Part shown: positions 19,327 through 27,870 of the stretch, piece after piece
How positions within the stretch are numbered: position 1 is the first letter of the stretch
Layout: the number at the start of each line of letters is the position of its first letter
Assembly (NCBI GenBank): GCA_030064755.1
Contig: JASJEH010000001.1
Location: 35,352-99,351, forward strand
Reading direction: 5' to 3'
Length of the DNA stretch: 64,000 nt
DNA from: Methyloceanibacter sp.
GTDB taxonomy: Bacteria > Pseudomonadota > Alphaproteobacteria > Rhizobiales > Methyloligellaceae
Notes under the pieces: model-generated
The model's input: only the letters and a program-made list of their open reading frames with translations
Told to the model about the DNA's origin: nothing
Databases searched by the model: none
Position numbers and translations under genes: made by a program

Positions 19327-20505
19327 ATGACCATTCTCCATATCGATCTCGACTATCTCGCCGACACGCTTGAGACGTTTCTCAGTATCCCTAGCCCTAC
19401 GAGCTACACCGACAACGCAGTGCAGTGGTGCGGCCAGGAGCTCGACCGGCTTGGCATTCCATTCGAGGTTACACGCCGCGGAGCGATTCGCGCGGTTTTG
19501 CGCGGTAAGGAGCGGCGCCCGGCGCGTGCGATCGCGGCTCACCTAGATACGCTCGGCGCGCAGGTGAAAGCCGTAAAGGACAATGGCCGCCTTGCCGTCG
19601 TTCCTATCGGTTATTGGAGCGCGCGGTTCGCCGAGGGCGCGCGATGCACGATCTTTACCGAGCGCGGCAGCTACCGCGGCACCATCCTTCCATTGATGGC
19701 GTCGGGTCACACTTATGGCGACGACGTGGACGAGCAGGCAACCGGCTGGGCGCATGTGGAAGTGCGTGTCGATGCACGGTGCTCAAGCGCCGGCGAGGCG
19801 GCCAGGCTTGGTATCGATGTCGGAGACATTATCTCCATCGATCCGCAGCCGGAATTCCTGGAGAACGGCTTTATCTGCTCGCGGCACCTCGACGACAAGG
19901 CTGGTGTGGCGGTCATGTTCGCAGCGCTGAAAGCGTTGATCCCCGTGAAGGAACAGCTGCCTGTCGATGTCTATTTTCTATTCACAATCGAAGAAGAGGT
20001 CGGAATCGGCGCGTCAAACATCCTGACGGACGACATTGCCTCCCTGATCGCGATCGACAACGGCACGACTGCCCCAGGTCAGAACAGCGCTGAGTTCGGC
20101 GTGACCCTCGCCATGGCCGATCAGAACGGGCCTTTTGACTACCACCTGACGCGTAAACTGGCCCGCTTGTGCCGGGAAGACGATATCTACTACCAGAAGG
20201 ATGTGTTTCGGCACTACAGGTCTGACGTGGCCTCGGCGGTCGAGGCGGGCCACGACGTTCGCACGGCGTTGATCTGCTTTGGCGTCGATGCGTCGCATGG
20301 GTGGGAACGGATCCATATCCACGCCCTGCGTTCCCTGGCCGAACTCGTCACTGCCTACTTGCTCAGCCCGATTGCGTTCTGGCGCGACGCCGAGCGCGTT
20401 GGCACGCTTGAGGATTTCACCAGCCAGCCGACGGAAAAGGCGCAGCAGAAGCTCTCCTCGGATGTGCGCATGGATGAGATCGAAGACGAGGCCGTCGAAG
20501 AGTAG
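19327..20505 (+). CDS. M42-family peptidase of the NAGGN osmoprotectant cluster
   Basis: AHLDTLGA, SRHLDDKAG, EEEVG, AIDN and DASHG metal ligands. Third gene of the asnO-ngg cluster. Confidence 0.88.
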   Translation: MTILHIDLDYLADTLETFLSIPSPTSYTDNAVQWCGQELDRLGIPFEVTRRGAIRAVLRGKERRPARAIAAHLDTLGAQVKAVKDNGRLAVVPIGYWSARFAEGARCTIFTERGSYRGTILPLMASGHTYGDDVDEQATGWAHVEVRVDARCSSAGEAARLGIDVGDIISIDPQPEFLENGFICSRHLDDKAGVAVMFAALKALIPVKEQLPVDVYFLFTIEEEVGIGASNILTDDIASLIAIDNGTTAPGQNSAEFGVTLAMADQNGPFDYHLTRKLARLCREDDIYYQKDVFRHYRSDVASAVEAGHDVRTALICFGVDASHGWERIHIHALRSLAELVTAYLLSPIAFWRDAERVGTLEDFTSQPTEKAQQKLSSDVRMDEIEDEAVEE

Positions 20506-20660
20506 CCCCTTAGCCCTTACGTCCGCGTCGGACATGGCCGGGACGGCTTGCACAAGGCCGCCTCCCCGCGACCATAACGCGCAACCCCGGCGCCCCATTG
20601 AATCCGAAGTGTCATGTTGCATCGGTAGTTTCCAGTCACCCTGACCACTTGAGTCGCAAC

Positions 20661-21425
20661 ATGTTTTCTCTTTCCGGAAAGAAGGCCCTCGTCCTTGGGG
20701 TCGCAAACGAGGACTCTATCGCGTTCGGCTGCGCGAAGGCGTTCCGCGACCAAGGCGCGGACCTCGCCATCACCTATCAAAACGAACAAGCCGAGAAGCA
20801 CGTCAGGCCGCTCGCGGAAAAGCTTGGCACGGACATCATACTGCCGCTCGACGTGCGTGAGGACGGGCAGTACGCCCAGCTGTTCGATCGCATTCGCCAG
20901 ATCTGGGGCCATGTCGATATCTGCCTGCACTCCATCGCATTCTGCCCGCGCGAGGACCTCCACGGTCGCGTGGTGGACTGTTCGCGCAACGGCTTCATCA
21001 CCGCGATGGACATTTCGGTCTACTCGTTCATTCGCATGGTGCGCCGGGCCGAGCCGCTGATGCGCCATGGTGGCAGCTGCATGACGGTGTCCTTCTTCGG
21101 GGCCGAAAAGGTTGTGGAGAACTACAACATCATGGGACCGACAAAGGCCGCCCTTGAGTCGGTCACGCGCTACATGGCCGCCGAGCTCGGGCCGAAGGGC
21201 ATTAGCGTGAATGCTCTGTCGCCCGGGCCACTTAAGACCCGCGCCGCGTCGGGCATTTCCCGGTTTGATGAGTTGATGAACGAGGCCGCACAGCGTGCGC
21301 CAACCCATCAGTTGGCGTCGATCGAGGACATCGGCGCTTACGCGGCCTTCCTGGCAAGCCGCGAGGCGGGAAACGTTACCGGCGGCGTCCACTATATCGA
21401 TGGCGGGTATCACATTGTCGGATGA
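20661..21425 (+). CDS. fabI: Enoyl-[ACP] reductase FabI
   Basis: GVANEDSIAFG, HSIAFCP, YNIMGPTKAALE (YxxxxxxK), SPGPLKTRAASGI and IDGG. Confidence 0.92.
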   Translation: MFSLSGKKALVLGVANEDSIAFGCAKAFRDQGADLAITYQNEQAEKHVRPLAEKLGTDIILPLDVREDGQYAQLFDRIRQIWGHVDICLHSIAFCPREDLHGRVVDCSRNGFITAMDISVYSFIRMVRRAEPLMRHGGSCMTVSFFGAEKVVENYNIMGPTKAALESVTRYMAAELGPKGISVNALSPGPLKTRAASGISRFDELMNEAAQRAPTHQLASIEDIGAYAAFLASREAGNVTGGVHYIDGGYHIVG

Positions 21426-21429
21426 GACT

Positions 21430-23769
21430 GTGAACAATCCTGGTGGCTACACGCACAGCCGCGATGCTTATGCCCGTCACGCGGCAGAAGATCTCGGCCA
21501 GGCGCATGTCCAGTCGCGGCTCCTGAGCGAGCTTTCCCTCCAGCATGGCTCGGACATTACGGCGCGAGCGCGCACGATTTGGGGGGCGCTGGCCGCCGAA
21601 TGGTGGGGGCTGGCCACGGGCTTGGCGCGCCCTCACGCCCCCGCCAGTCTGGCCGCCTATTGGCACGACGCAGGTCAGCGCGCAGTCCTAACGCTTGAGA
21701 CGTTGTGCCGACGCGGTGATGCCTGCGCCGCTCGCGAAGCCGAAGGCTTCGCGCCAGTACTCGCGTTCGACTACGAGATTATCGTCGATGGGCGCTTGCT
21801 CGACCGTCCGGCAAACTATGCGCTGGTCCGCATTATTCCCCCGGAGGGGACGCCGCCGCCCCGCAACGACCGCCGCCCTTGGGTGATCATCGATCCGAGG
21901 GCCGGCCAGGGTAGCGGGATCGGTGGCTTCAAGAGTGAATCCGAGGTCGGCGAAGCGCTCCGCGACGGTCACCCGGTCTACTTCGTCATCTTCTTCCGGG
22001 ATCCCGAGCCGGATCAAACCTTGGCGGACGTTTGTGCGGCCGAGGCAGAATTCTTAAGAGCGGTCCGTGAGCGGCACCCAAAGAGCTCCAAGCCGCTCGT
22101 AACTGGAAACTGCCAAGGCGGCTGGGCCGCCATGATCCTAGCCGCAACCCATCCTGACCTTATGGGCCCGGTCGTGATCGCAGGCACGCCGCTTTCCTAC
22201 TGGGCTGGCAAGGTTGGGCAAAACCCCTTCCGCTATCTCGCCGGAATGGAAGGCGGCGCGGTGCCAGCCCTATTCACATCCGATCTTGGTGCGGGCAAGT
22301 TCGACGGCGCGACACTCATCCACAATTTCGAGCAGCTCAATCCCGGCAAGACGATTTGGCGGAAAAACTACGACATCTTCTCGAATGTGGATTCGGATTC
22401 GGAGAGGTACCTGGATTTCGAGCGTTGGTGGTCCGGCTTCTACTTCATGAATGCCGCCGAGATTCGCTGGATCGTCGAGAATCTGTTCGTGGGGAACAAG
22501 CTGGTGCGCGGCGAGGCGATGCTGGACGATGGGACGGCGGTCGACCTTACGCGCATCGACTCGCCTGTGGTTGTGTTCGCATCTCACGGCGACAACATCA
22601 CGCCGCCGCAACAGGCGCTATTCTGGATCGCCGACTTGTACGAATCCGTGCAAGAGCTCCAGGCGCGCGGTCATGTCATTGTCTACACACTGCATGACAG
22701 TATCGGCCATCTCGGTATCTTCGTTTCAGCGAAAGTTGCGAACACGCAGCACAAGGAAATCGCTTCGGTCGTTAAGACGATCGAGTCACTCGCTCCAGGC
22801 CTCTACGAGATGCTTATCGATGAGGACAACGGCACGCCGATTGTGTCGTTCGAGGCGCGCACCATTGACGACATTCTGGCTCTTGGCGGTGACCGAGTAG
22901 AGGAGCCGGCCTTCGCCGCAGTCGCACGGCTGTCGGAGTGGGCGGTCAAGACCTATGAGCTGATGGTGCAGCCCACGATGCGCGCGCTGGTTACGCCTGA
23001 GATCGCGGAAACGTTGCGCCAAGCGCATCCCATGCGCTCTCAGTATACGTTCTTCTCAAGCAGCAACCCGTTGTTTGGCGACATCTACTCGGTCGCCGAG
23101 GCGACACGGGAGGCACGCGCGCCCGCGGACGAGACCAATCCCTACCTGCAGCTGGAACGCTGGTCCGCGACCGCAATTGAGCACAGTCTAAACCTCGTCC
23201 GGGACGTGCGCGACGCCTGGATGGAGATCGCCTTCTTCAGCCTTTACGCAAACCCTTGGATGATGCGGCTTGGCGCGACCCAACAGGCCCGCCCGCCCGA
23301 GCACAACGTTCATAAATTGCCTCAGGTTCGCGACGCGATCCAGAATGCGGAGGCTGGCGGATACAAGGAAGCGATCGTCCGCATGCTGATCCTTCTCGCA
23401 CGCGCGCGCGGCTCCGTTCGGCGCGACCGCCTGGAACGAACAAACCGCTTGCTTCACTCGCGCGCGCCATTCGACACGATGACTGCGGATCGGCGGGCGC
23501 GCCTCATCAATGAGCAGAACATGATCGTCGAATTTGCTGGGGATGGCGCGGTGACCTCGCTTTCCGTGTTGCTCCGGGACGATGTCGATCGCGTCCGCGC
23601 GGTCAATCTAGTCTTCGAGATAGTGGGTCCCATGGAGGAGATGGACGATCGGACGATCGCGATGTTCAAGCAGCTGCAATCAACTTTGTACACCATGGCC
23701 CGGGGGTGGAGGGACCCTGCTGCGGCGACGAGGAATGGTGCGGCTCCCGACCTCAGGGTCGGAGCCTAG
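21430..23769 (+). CDS. DUF3141-family alpha/beta-hydrolase-fold protein, PHA-synthase-like (copy 1)
   Basis: IIDPRAGQGSGIGGFKSESEVG, GNCQGGW, SHGDNITP and GHLGIFVS. GTG 21430 is a tentative start. Confidence 0.8.
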   Translation: MNNPGGYTHSRDAYARHAAEDLGQAHVQSRLLSELSLQHGSDITARARTIWGALAAEWWGLATGLARPHAPASLAAYWHDAGQRAVLTLETLCRRGDACAAREAEGFAPVLAFDYEIIVDGRLLDRPANYALVRIIPPEGTPPPRNDRRPWVIIDPRAGQGSGIGGFKSESEVGEALRDGHPVYFVIFFRDPEPDQTLADVCAAEAEFLRAVRERHPKSSKPLVTGNCQGGWAAMILAATHPDLMGPVVIAGTPLSYWAGKVGQNPFRYLAGMEGGAVPALFTSDLGAGKFDGATLIHNFEQLNPGKTIWRKNYDIFSNVDSDSERYLDFERWWSGFYFMNAAEIRWIVENLFVGNKLVRGEAMLDDGTAVDLTRIDSPVVVFASHGDNITPPQQALFWIADLYESVQELQARGHVIVYTLHDSIGHLGIFVSAKVANTQHKEIASVVKTIESLAPGLYEMLIDEDNGTPIVSFEARTIDDILALGGDRVEEPAFAAVARLSEWAVKTYELMVQPTMRALVTPEIAETLRQAHPMRSQYTFFSSSNPLFGDIYSVAEATREARAPADETNPYLQLERWSATAIEHSLNLVRDVRDAWMEIAFFSLYANPWMMRLGATQQARPPEHNVHKLPQVRDAIQNAEAGGYKEAIVRMLILLARARGSVRRDRLERTNRLLHSRAPFDTMTADRRARLINEQNMIVEFAGDGAVTSLSVLLRDDVDRVRAVNLVFEIVGPMEEMDDRTIAMFKQLQSTLYTMARGWRDPAAATRNGAAPDLRVGA

Positions 23770-23828
23770 AACGATCGAAGTGGGCGAAGGTTTCGGCAGC
23801 GGAAAGCGGCAAACCGCAGGAGGCGTAC

Positions 23829-25238
23829 ATGATCCGCGAGAATAGGCTCTATGGCGAGCTGGCTATTGGTGACACGGCATCGGTCAAACGGGTTTGCACT
23901 GCGAATGATCTCTACGTCTTCGCGCATGCTTCGGGGAACCTAAATCCGCTTCATTTGCCGGACGACGATGACAATACCCAGACCGAGGCGGTTGCGCCCT
24001 CGATGTGGGTCGGCGCACTAATCTCCTCGGTGCTTGGGAACGTCCTGCCGGGTCCCGGTACACTTTATCGGTCTCAGAGCTTGAGGTTCCTGGACCGCGC
24101 GCATGTAGGGGACGAGTTAACGATTATCGTTACGGTCAAGGACAAGCTCCCTGGCGGCCTCGTGACTATGGACACAACCGTCAAGGGCCGCGGGGGCGAC
24201 AGTGTCGCCGAAGGCACCGCCGAAGTGCTGGCGCCGGAACGGAAAGTCCGCGTCGACATGGACGAGCTGCCGGAGATTGTTCTCCAGCGGCACGTGCACT
24301 TCGACAACTATATTCGCTCGTGTGACGGCCTTGAGCCGCTGGTGGCGGCGGTCGTCGCCCCCGAGGAAAAGGAATCCCTCGGAGGGGCTCTCCTCGCCGC
24401 ACGGCATGGTCTTATCCGGCCAATCCTTGTCGGCTCTGCGCCGCTCATCCAGCAAGCCGCAAAGGATGCCGGGGAGGATCTCGAGGCATACGAGATTATC
24501 GACGTACCCGATCACGTTGCCGCCGCCGGACGGGCTGTCGAACTTGTCCATGAGGGGTTGGCCGGCGCCGTCATGAAAGGCCACCTCCACACGAGTGATC
24601 TTCTGCGCCAAATTCTAAAGAGCAAAGGCGGCCTGCGCGGCCGCCGGCGCATGAGCCATGCCTTCGTGATGGACGTACCGGGCCTGGAGCATCCGCTCAT
24701 CATCTCGGATGCGGCAATCAATATCACCCCGGACCTGGTCACCAAGGTCGACATAACCCAGAGCGCCATCGACGTTGCCATTGCATTGGGCATCGACAAG
24801 CCGAAGGTCGGCGTGTTGTCCGCAGTGGAAACCGTAAACCCCGAGATTGCTTCGACGCTCGACGCGGCTGCACTTTCGAAAATGTCGGACCGTGGTCAGA
24901 TCAAAGGCGGTGTTGTCGATGGGCCGCTCGCCATGGACAACGCCATGGATGCGGAGGCGGCGACGACCAAGGGCGTTACCGGGCTCGTCGCCGGCCATGC
25001 CGAAGTTCTGATCGTGCCGAACCTGGAGTCAGGCAACATGCTGGCAAAGCAGCTCGCCTTCGTGTCAGGCGCCGAAGCCGCCGGAATTGCGCTTGGCGCC
25101 TCGGTCCCCATAATCTTAACGAGCCGCGCGGATGGCGAGAAGGCTCGGCTCGCGTCTTGCGCCATCGCGGTGCTGTACAGGTACTGGCAGGAGAACGGTC
25201 AGCCCATAGGTATCCGGCTCGCTGAGGCTGCTGAGTAA
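23829..25238 (+). CDS. Bifunctional MaoC-like enoyl-CoA hydratase / phosphate acyltransferase (Pta/Ptb)
   Basis: N-terminal hot-dog motif ASGNLNPLH and LPGPGTLY. C-terminal MKGHLHT, SDAAINI, VDGPLAMDNA and PNLESGNMLAK. Confidence 0.88.
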   Translation: MIRENRLYGELAIGDTASVKRVCTANDLYVFAHASGNLNPLHLPDDDDNTQTEAVAPSMWVGALISSVLGNVLPGPGTLYRSQSLRFLDRAHVGDELTIIVTVKDKLPGGLVTMDTTVKGRGGDSVAEGTAEVLAPERKVRVDMDELPEIVLQRHVHFDNYIRSCDGLEPLVAAVVAPEEKESLGGALLAARHGLIRPILVGSAPLIQQAAKDAGEDLEAYEIIDVPDHVAAAGRAVELVHEGLAGAVMKGHLHTSDLLRQILKSKGGLRGRRRMSHAFVMDVPGLEHPLIISDAAINITPDLVTKVDITQSAIDVAIALGIDKPKVGVLSAVETVNPEIASTLDAAALSKMSDRGQIKGGVVDGPLAMDNAMDAEAATTKGVTGLVAGHAEVLIVPNLESGNMLAKQLAFVSGAEAAGIALGASVPIILTSRADGEKARLASCAIAVLYRYWQENGQPIGIRLAEAAE

Positions 25239-26431
25239 TGACGCATATTCTGACGCTGAATGCCGGATCCTCTTCGATCAAGTTTGCGTTGTTCGAGGCC
25301 GAGAGCCTCAATGAACGCGTCCGCGGTCAGATCGAGGGGATCGGGACGACTCCGCGTCTGAGCGCGAAGGTCGCCGACGCGGACAAGACTGAGAAGGAAC
25401 TCGACGGGAGCGAGATCGACAATCACGCGTCCGCGTTGGCCGCAATCCTTACGTTGATCAACGAGAGCTTCTCTGGCGCCCAGGTGGCCGCCGTAGGACA
25501 TCGTATTGTCCATGGCGGCCCTGACTATGCTTCGCCCATTGTCATTGACGATGAAAGCTTCGCCGGTCTTGAGAAATTCATTCCGCTGGCACCTCTGCAT
25601 CAGCCGCACAACCTATCCGGCGTGCGGGCCGCGCAGGCGGCCTTCCCCGAGGCGGTTCAGATCGCATGCTTCGACACGAGCTTTCACCGTCAGCATCCGT
25701 GGGTGAACGACACGTATGCCTTGCCCTTGGCGCTTTACGAGGAAGGCGTCCGTCGTTACGGCTTTCACGGACTGTCCTACGAATATGTCACGCGGGCCCT
25801 GAAAGAACTGGCGCCCATGCACGCCGCAGGTCGTGTAGTCGTCTCGCATCTCGGCAACGGCGCATCGATGTGCGCCATCCAGGGCGGCCAGAGTGTCGGC
25901 TCGACCATGGGCTTTACCGCGCTCGACGGTCTGCCTATGGGAACACGATGCGGCCAGCTGGATCCCGGCGTTGTTCTCTACCTGATGGCGGCGAAGGGAC
26001 TCTCGGCAACAGAGATCGAAAACCTGCTTTACAAACAATCCGGTCTAAAGGGTCTGTCGGGACTCTCAAATGATATGCGCGTACTCGAGGAGGCTGGCAC
26101 GATCGAGGCGCAGCGCGCGATCGACTACTTCGTCTTCCGTATTCGCCGGGAGCTCGGCGCCATGGTGGCGATTTTGTCGGGCCTCGACGCGCTCGTGTTC
26201 TGTGGCGGTATTGGCGAGAACGCGTGGGGGATCCGCGAGCGTGTCTGCCGAGACTTTGGCTGGCTTGGCCTTGAGCTCGAAGGGTCTCGAAACCGAGCTG
26301 CGGAAACGGTCATCTCATCTGAGCGGTCTCGTGTCCGCGTCTTCATTATCCCGACGAACGAAGAACTCATGATCGCTTCTCACGCGGCGGAGACAGCAAA
26401 GGCGGCTGTCAGGTCGGCCGCCGCCGCGTAA
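25238..26431 (+). CDS. ackA: Acetate/propionate kinase
   Basis: LNAGSSSIKF, GHRIVHGG, APLHQP, FDTSFH, YGFHGLSY, HLGNGAS and PTNEE. TAATG overlap with the upstream gene. Confidence 0.95.
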   Translation: MTHILTLNAGSSSIKFALFEAESLNERVRGQIEGIGTTPRLSAKVADADKTEKELDGSEIDNHASALAAILTLINESFSGAQVAAVGHRIVHGGPDYASPIVIDDESFAGLEKFIPLAPLHQPHNLSGVRAAQAAFPEAVQIACFDTSFHRQHPWVNDTYALPLALYEEGVRRYGFHGLSYEYVTRALKELAPMHAAGRVVVSHLGNGASMCAIQGGQSVGSTMGFTALDGLPMGTRCGQLDPGVVLYLMAAKGLSATEIENLLYKQSGLKGLSGLSNDMRVLEEAGTIEAQRAIDYFVFRIRRELGAMVAILSGLDALVFCGGIGENAWGIRERVCRDFGWLGLELEGSRNRAAETVISSERSRVRVFIIPTNEELMIASHAAETAKAAVRSAAAA

Positions 26432-26465
26432 GCGCGCCAAAGCCCTAATAGGGTTTCCGGCGCGC
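26432..26465 (+). terminator. GC-rich stem-loop directly after the ackA stop
   Basis: GCGCGCC/GGCGCGC outer stem with AAGCCC/GGGTTT inner stem. No clear U tract. Confidence 0.4.
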
Positions 26466-26637
26466 CTCTCGCATGGGTCGCGATTCTCTTGTAGGCGGCA
26501 GGATAGACCCGGCAGAGTTGGCGGTGGGCTGGCGTCACAAGCACCGTGCGCATCCGTGACGGGACAATGTTGCATTTCTGCACCCCATCGAAAGAGATTC
26601 CGCGCCGCATTGATCTCATTTACCTGCGTTTTCGTAT

Positions 26638-26656
26638 TCGTGCTAAAAAAGCACGA
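26638..26656. promoter_or_regulatory. Perfect inverted repeat TCGTGC-N7-GCACGA containing a T-N11-A core, candidate operator
   Basis: Dyad lies 21 nt upstream of the first mipA-like ATG. Confidence 0.35.
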
Positions 26657-26677
26657 CGATTCAACGGGGTTTCAAGA

Positions 26678-27580
26678 ATGCGGCTTGGGTTTGGGTTCTC
26701 GCGGCACTGCCGTCGCGCCTACGGTCTTTTGACGGCGGGCGCGGTGTGCGGCGCGCTTGCGACCGGTTTTTCTGTGTCCGACGCAAGTGCCCAAGCGGCA
26801 TTGGTCGACGGCCCCAGGAGCGGCGAGACCGTTGTACAGAAAAGCGTTGCTGTCGGCCCCGCCGTAATCGTCCGGCCCAAATACGAGGGTTCCCAAGAGC
26901 ACGAAGCCATTCCCATCCCGATTATTATTCCAAAGCTCGTCGAAGAAGAGGACACGCCAGATGGCGTCTTCAAGCAGGTGCGTCAGCGCGTTGCCTTTCG
27001 CGGGCTAGACGATGTCCGCATCCGAGTCTTCGGTGGAGACAGGTTTCAAGTCGGCGCGGTAACTGGTTGGATTACGACACGCGACGAGGACGACGCTGAT
27101 TTCTTGGAAGGAACCGGCGATATCGATGGGGGCCTGGTGGCCGGCGCTTACGCGGCTTATACGATGGGCTTGTTCACGTTCGATGTGGCCTATATCGAGA
27201 AGCTAACGGGGGCTTCAGCTGGCCCACAATACCGTTTCGGCGTCGAGACGAATCGTCCGATATCGGATCGCGGCAACATACTTGTCCGGGCCGGGACGAC
27301 ATTTGCTAGCGCTGAGTTTATGGATACCTATTTCGGGGTGACCCCAAAGCAGAGCCGCAATTCTCGGGCCGGCATTCCGGTTTACACGCCAGATGGCGGC
27401 ATTAAGGACGTCTTCATCGAGCTTGGCGGCAGCTATGACATTTCCGAACGCTGGGTCTTCAAGGGTGGGGTGCGATATGGCCGGCTCCTCGACCAAGCTG
27501 CGGATAGCCCCCTTGTCGAGACACCAGACCAAGTCTCTGGCGTCGTCGGCCTGGCTTACAGATTCTACTTGAGCCCTTAA
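26678..27580 (+). CDS. MipA/OmpV-family outer-membrane protein (paralog 1)
   Basis: Signal peptide ending ASA, PKYEGS, GDIDGG, ASAEFMDTYFGVT, YGRLLDQAADSPLV and C-terminal LAYRFY. Confidence 0.85.
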   Translation: MRLGFGFSRHCRRAYGLLTAGAVCGALATGFSVSDASAQAALVDGPRSGETVVQKSVAVGPAVIVRPKYEGSQEHEAIPIPIIIPKLVEEEDTPDGVFKQVRQRVAFRGLDDVRIRVFGGDRFQVGAVTGWITTRDEDDADFLEGTGDIDGGLVAGAYAAYTMGLFTFDVAYIEKLTGASAGPQYRFGVETNRPISDRGNILVRAGTTFASAEFMDTYFGVTPKQSRNSRAGIPVYTPDGGIKDVFIELGGSYDISERWVFKGGVRYGRLLDQAADSPLVETPDQVSGVVGLAYRFYLSP

Positions 27581-27588
27581 ACGGCAGC

Positions 27589-27606
27589 GTAGCGGGGCAC
27601 CGCTAC
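27589..27606. other. Stem-loop GTAGCGG-GGCA-CCGCTAC after paralog 1 (terminator or mRNA-stabilising hairpin)
   Basis: Perfect 7-bp stem with a 4-nt loop, no U tract. Confidence 0.35.
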
Positions 27607-27820
27607 CAGAACCGCAAGCCGCATTGTCCGAGTTAACTTGGATGTAGCGATCGCAGACTTGTGCCTGCGACGCAGCCTTGCTCGACCGCTTGAGGCGCCG
27701 GGTCCTGCACCCCCGACAGTTCCGTCCTGGCATGCCCCGACGGGACGCCCGCATCCCTGCCATCACTCCTCTTTCGAGGCCTGCCGCTTGCGAAGCCGGT
27801 CAACCACAATACCTGTACGT

Positions 27821-27849
27821 ATGGTAGTAATGGTAGTTGATACTACTAT
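27821..27849. promoter_or_regulatory. Operator-like element: ATGGTAGT direct repeat plus inverted copy, upstream of mipA paralog 2
   Basis: ATGGTAGT-A-ATGGTAGT-TGAT-ACTACTAT in an AT-rich patch just before the AGGAGAGG RBS. Confidence 0.5.
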
Positions 27850-27870
27850 TAGTATAGGAGAGGTTGTCGA

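Noticed and set aside
20609-20640. Pho box upstream of fabI (the homologous S. meliloti operon is PhoB-controlled)
   Set aside because: Only one GTGTCAT half-site, with no partner at the 11-bp period.
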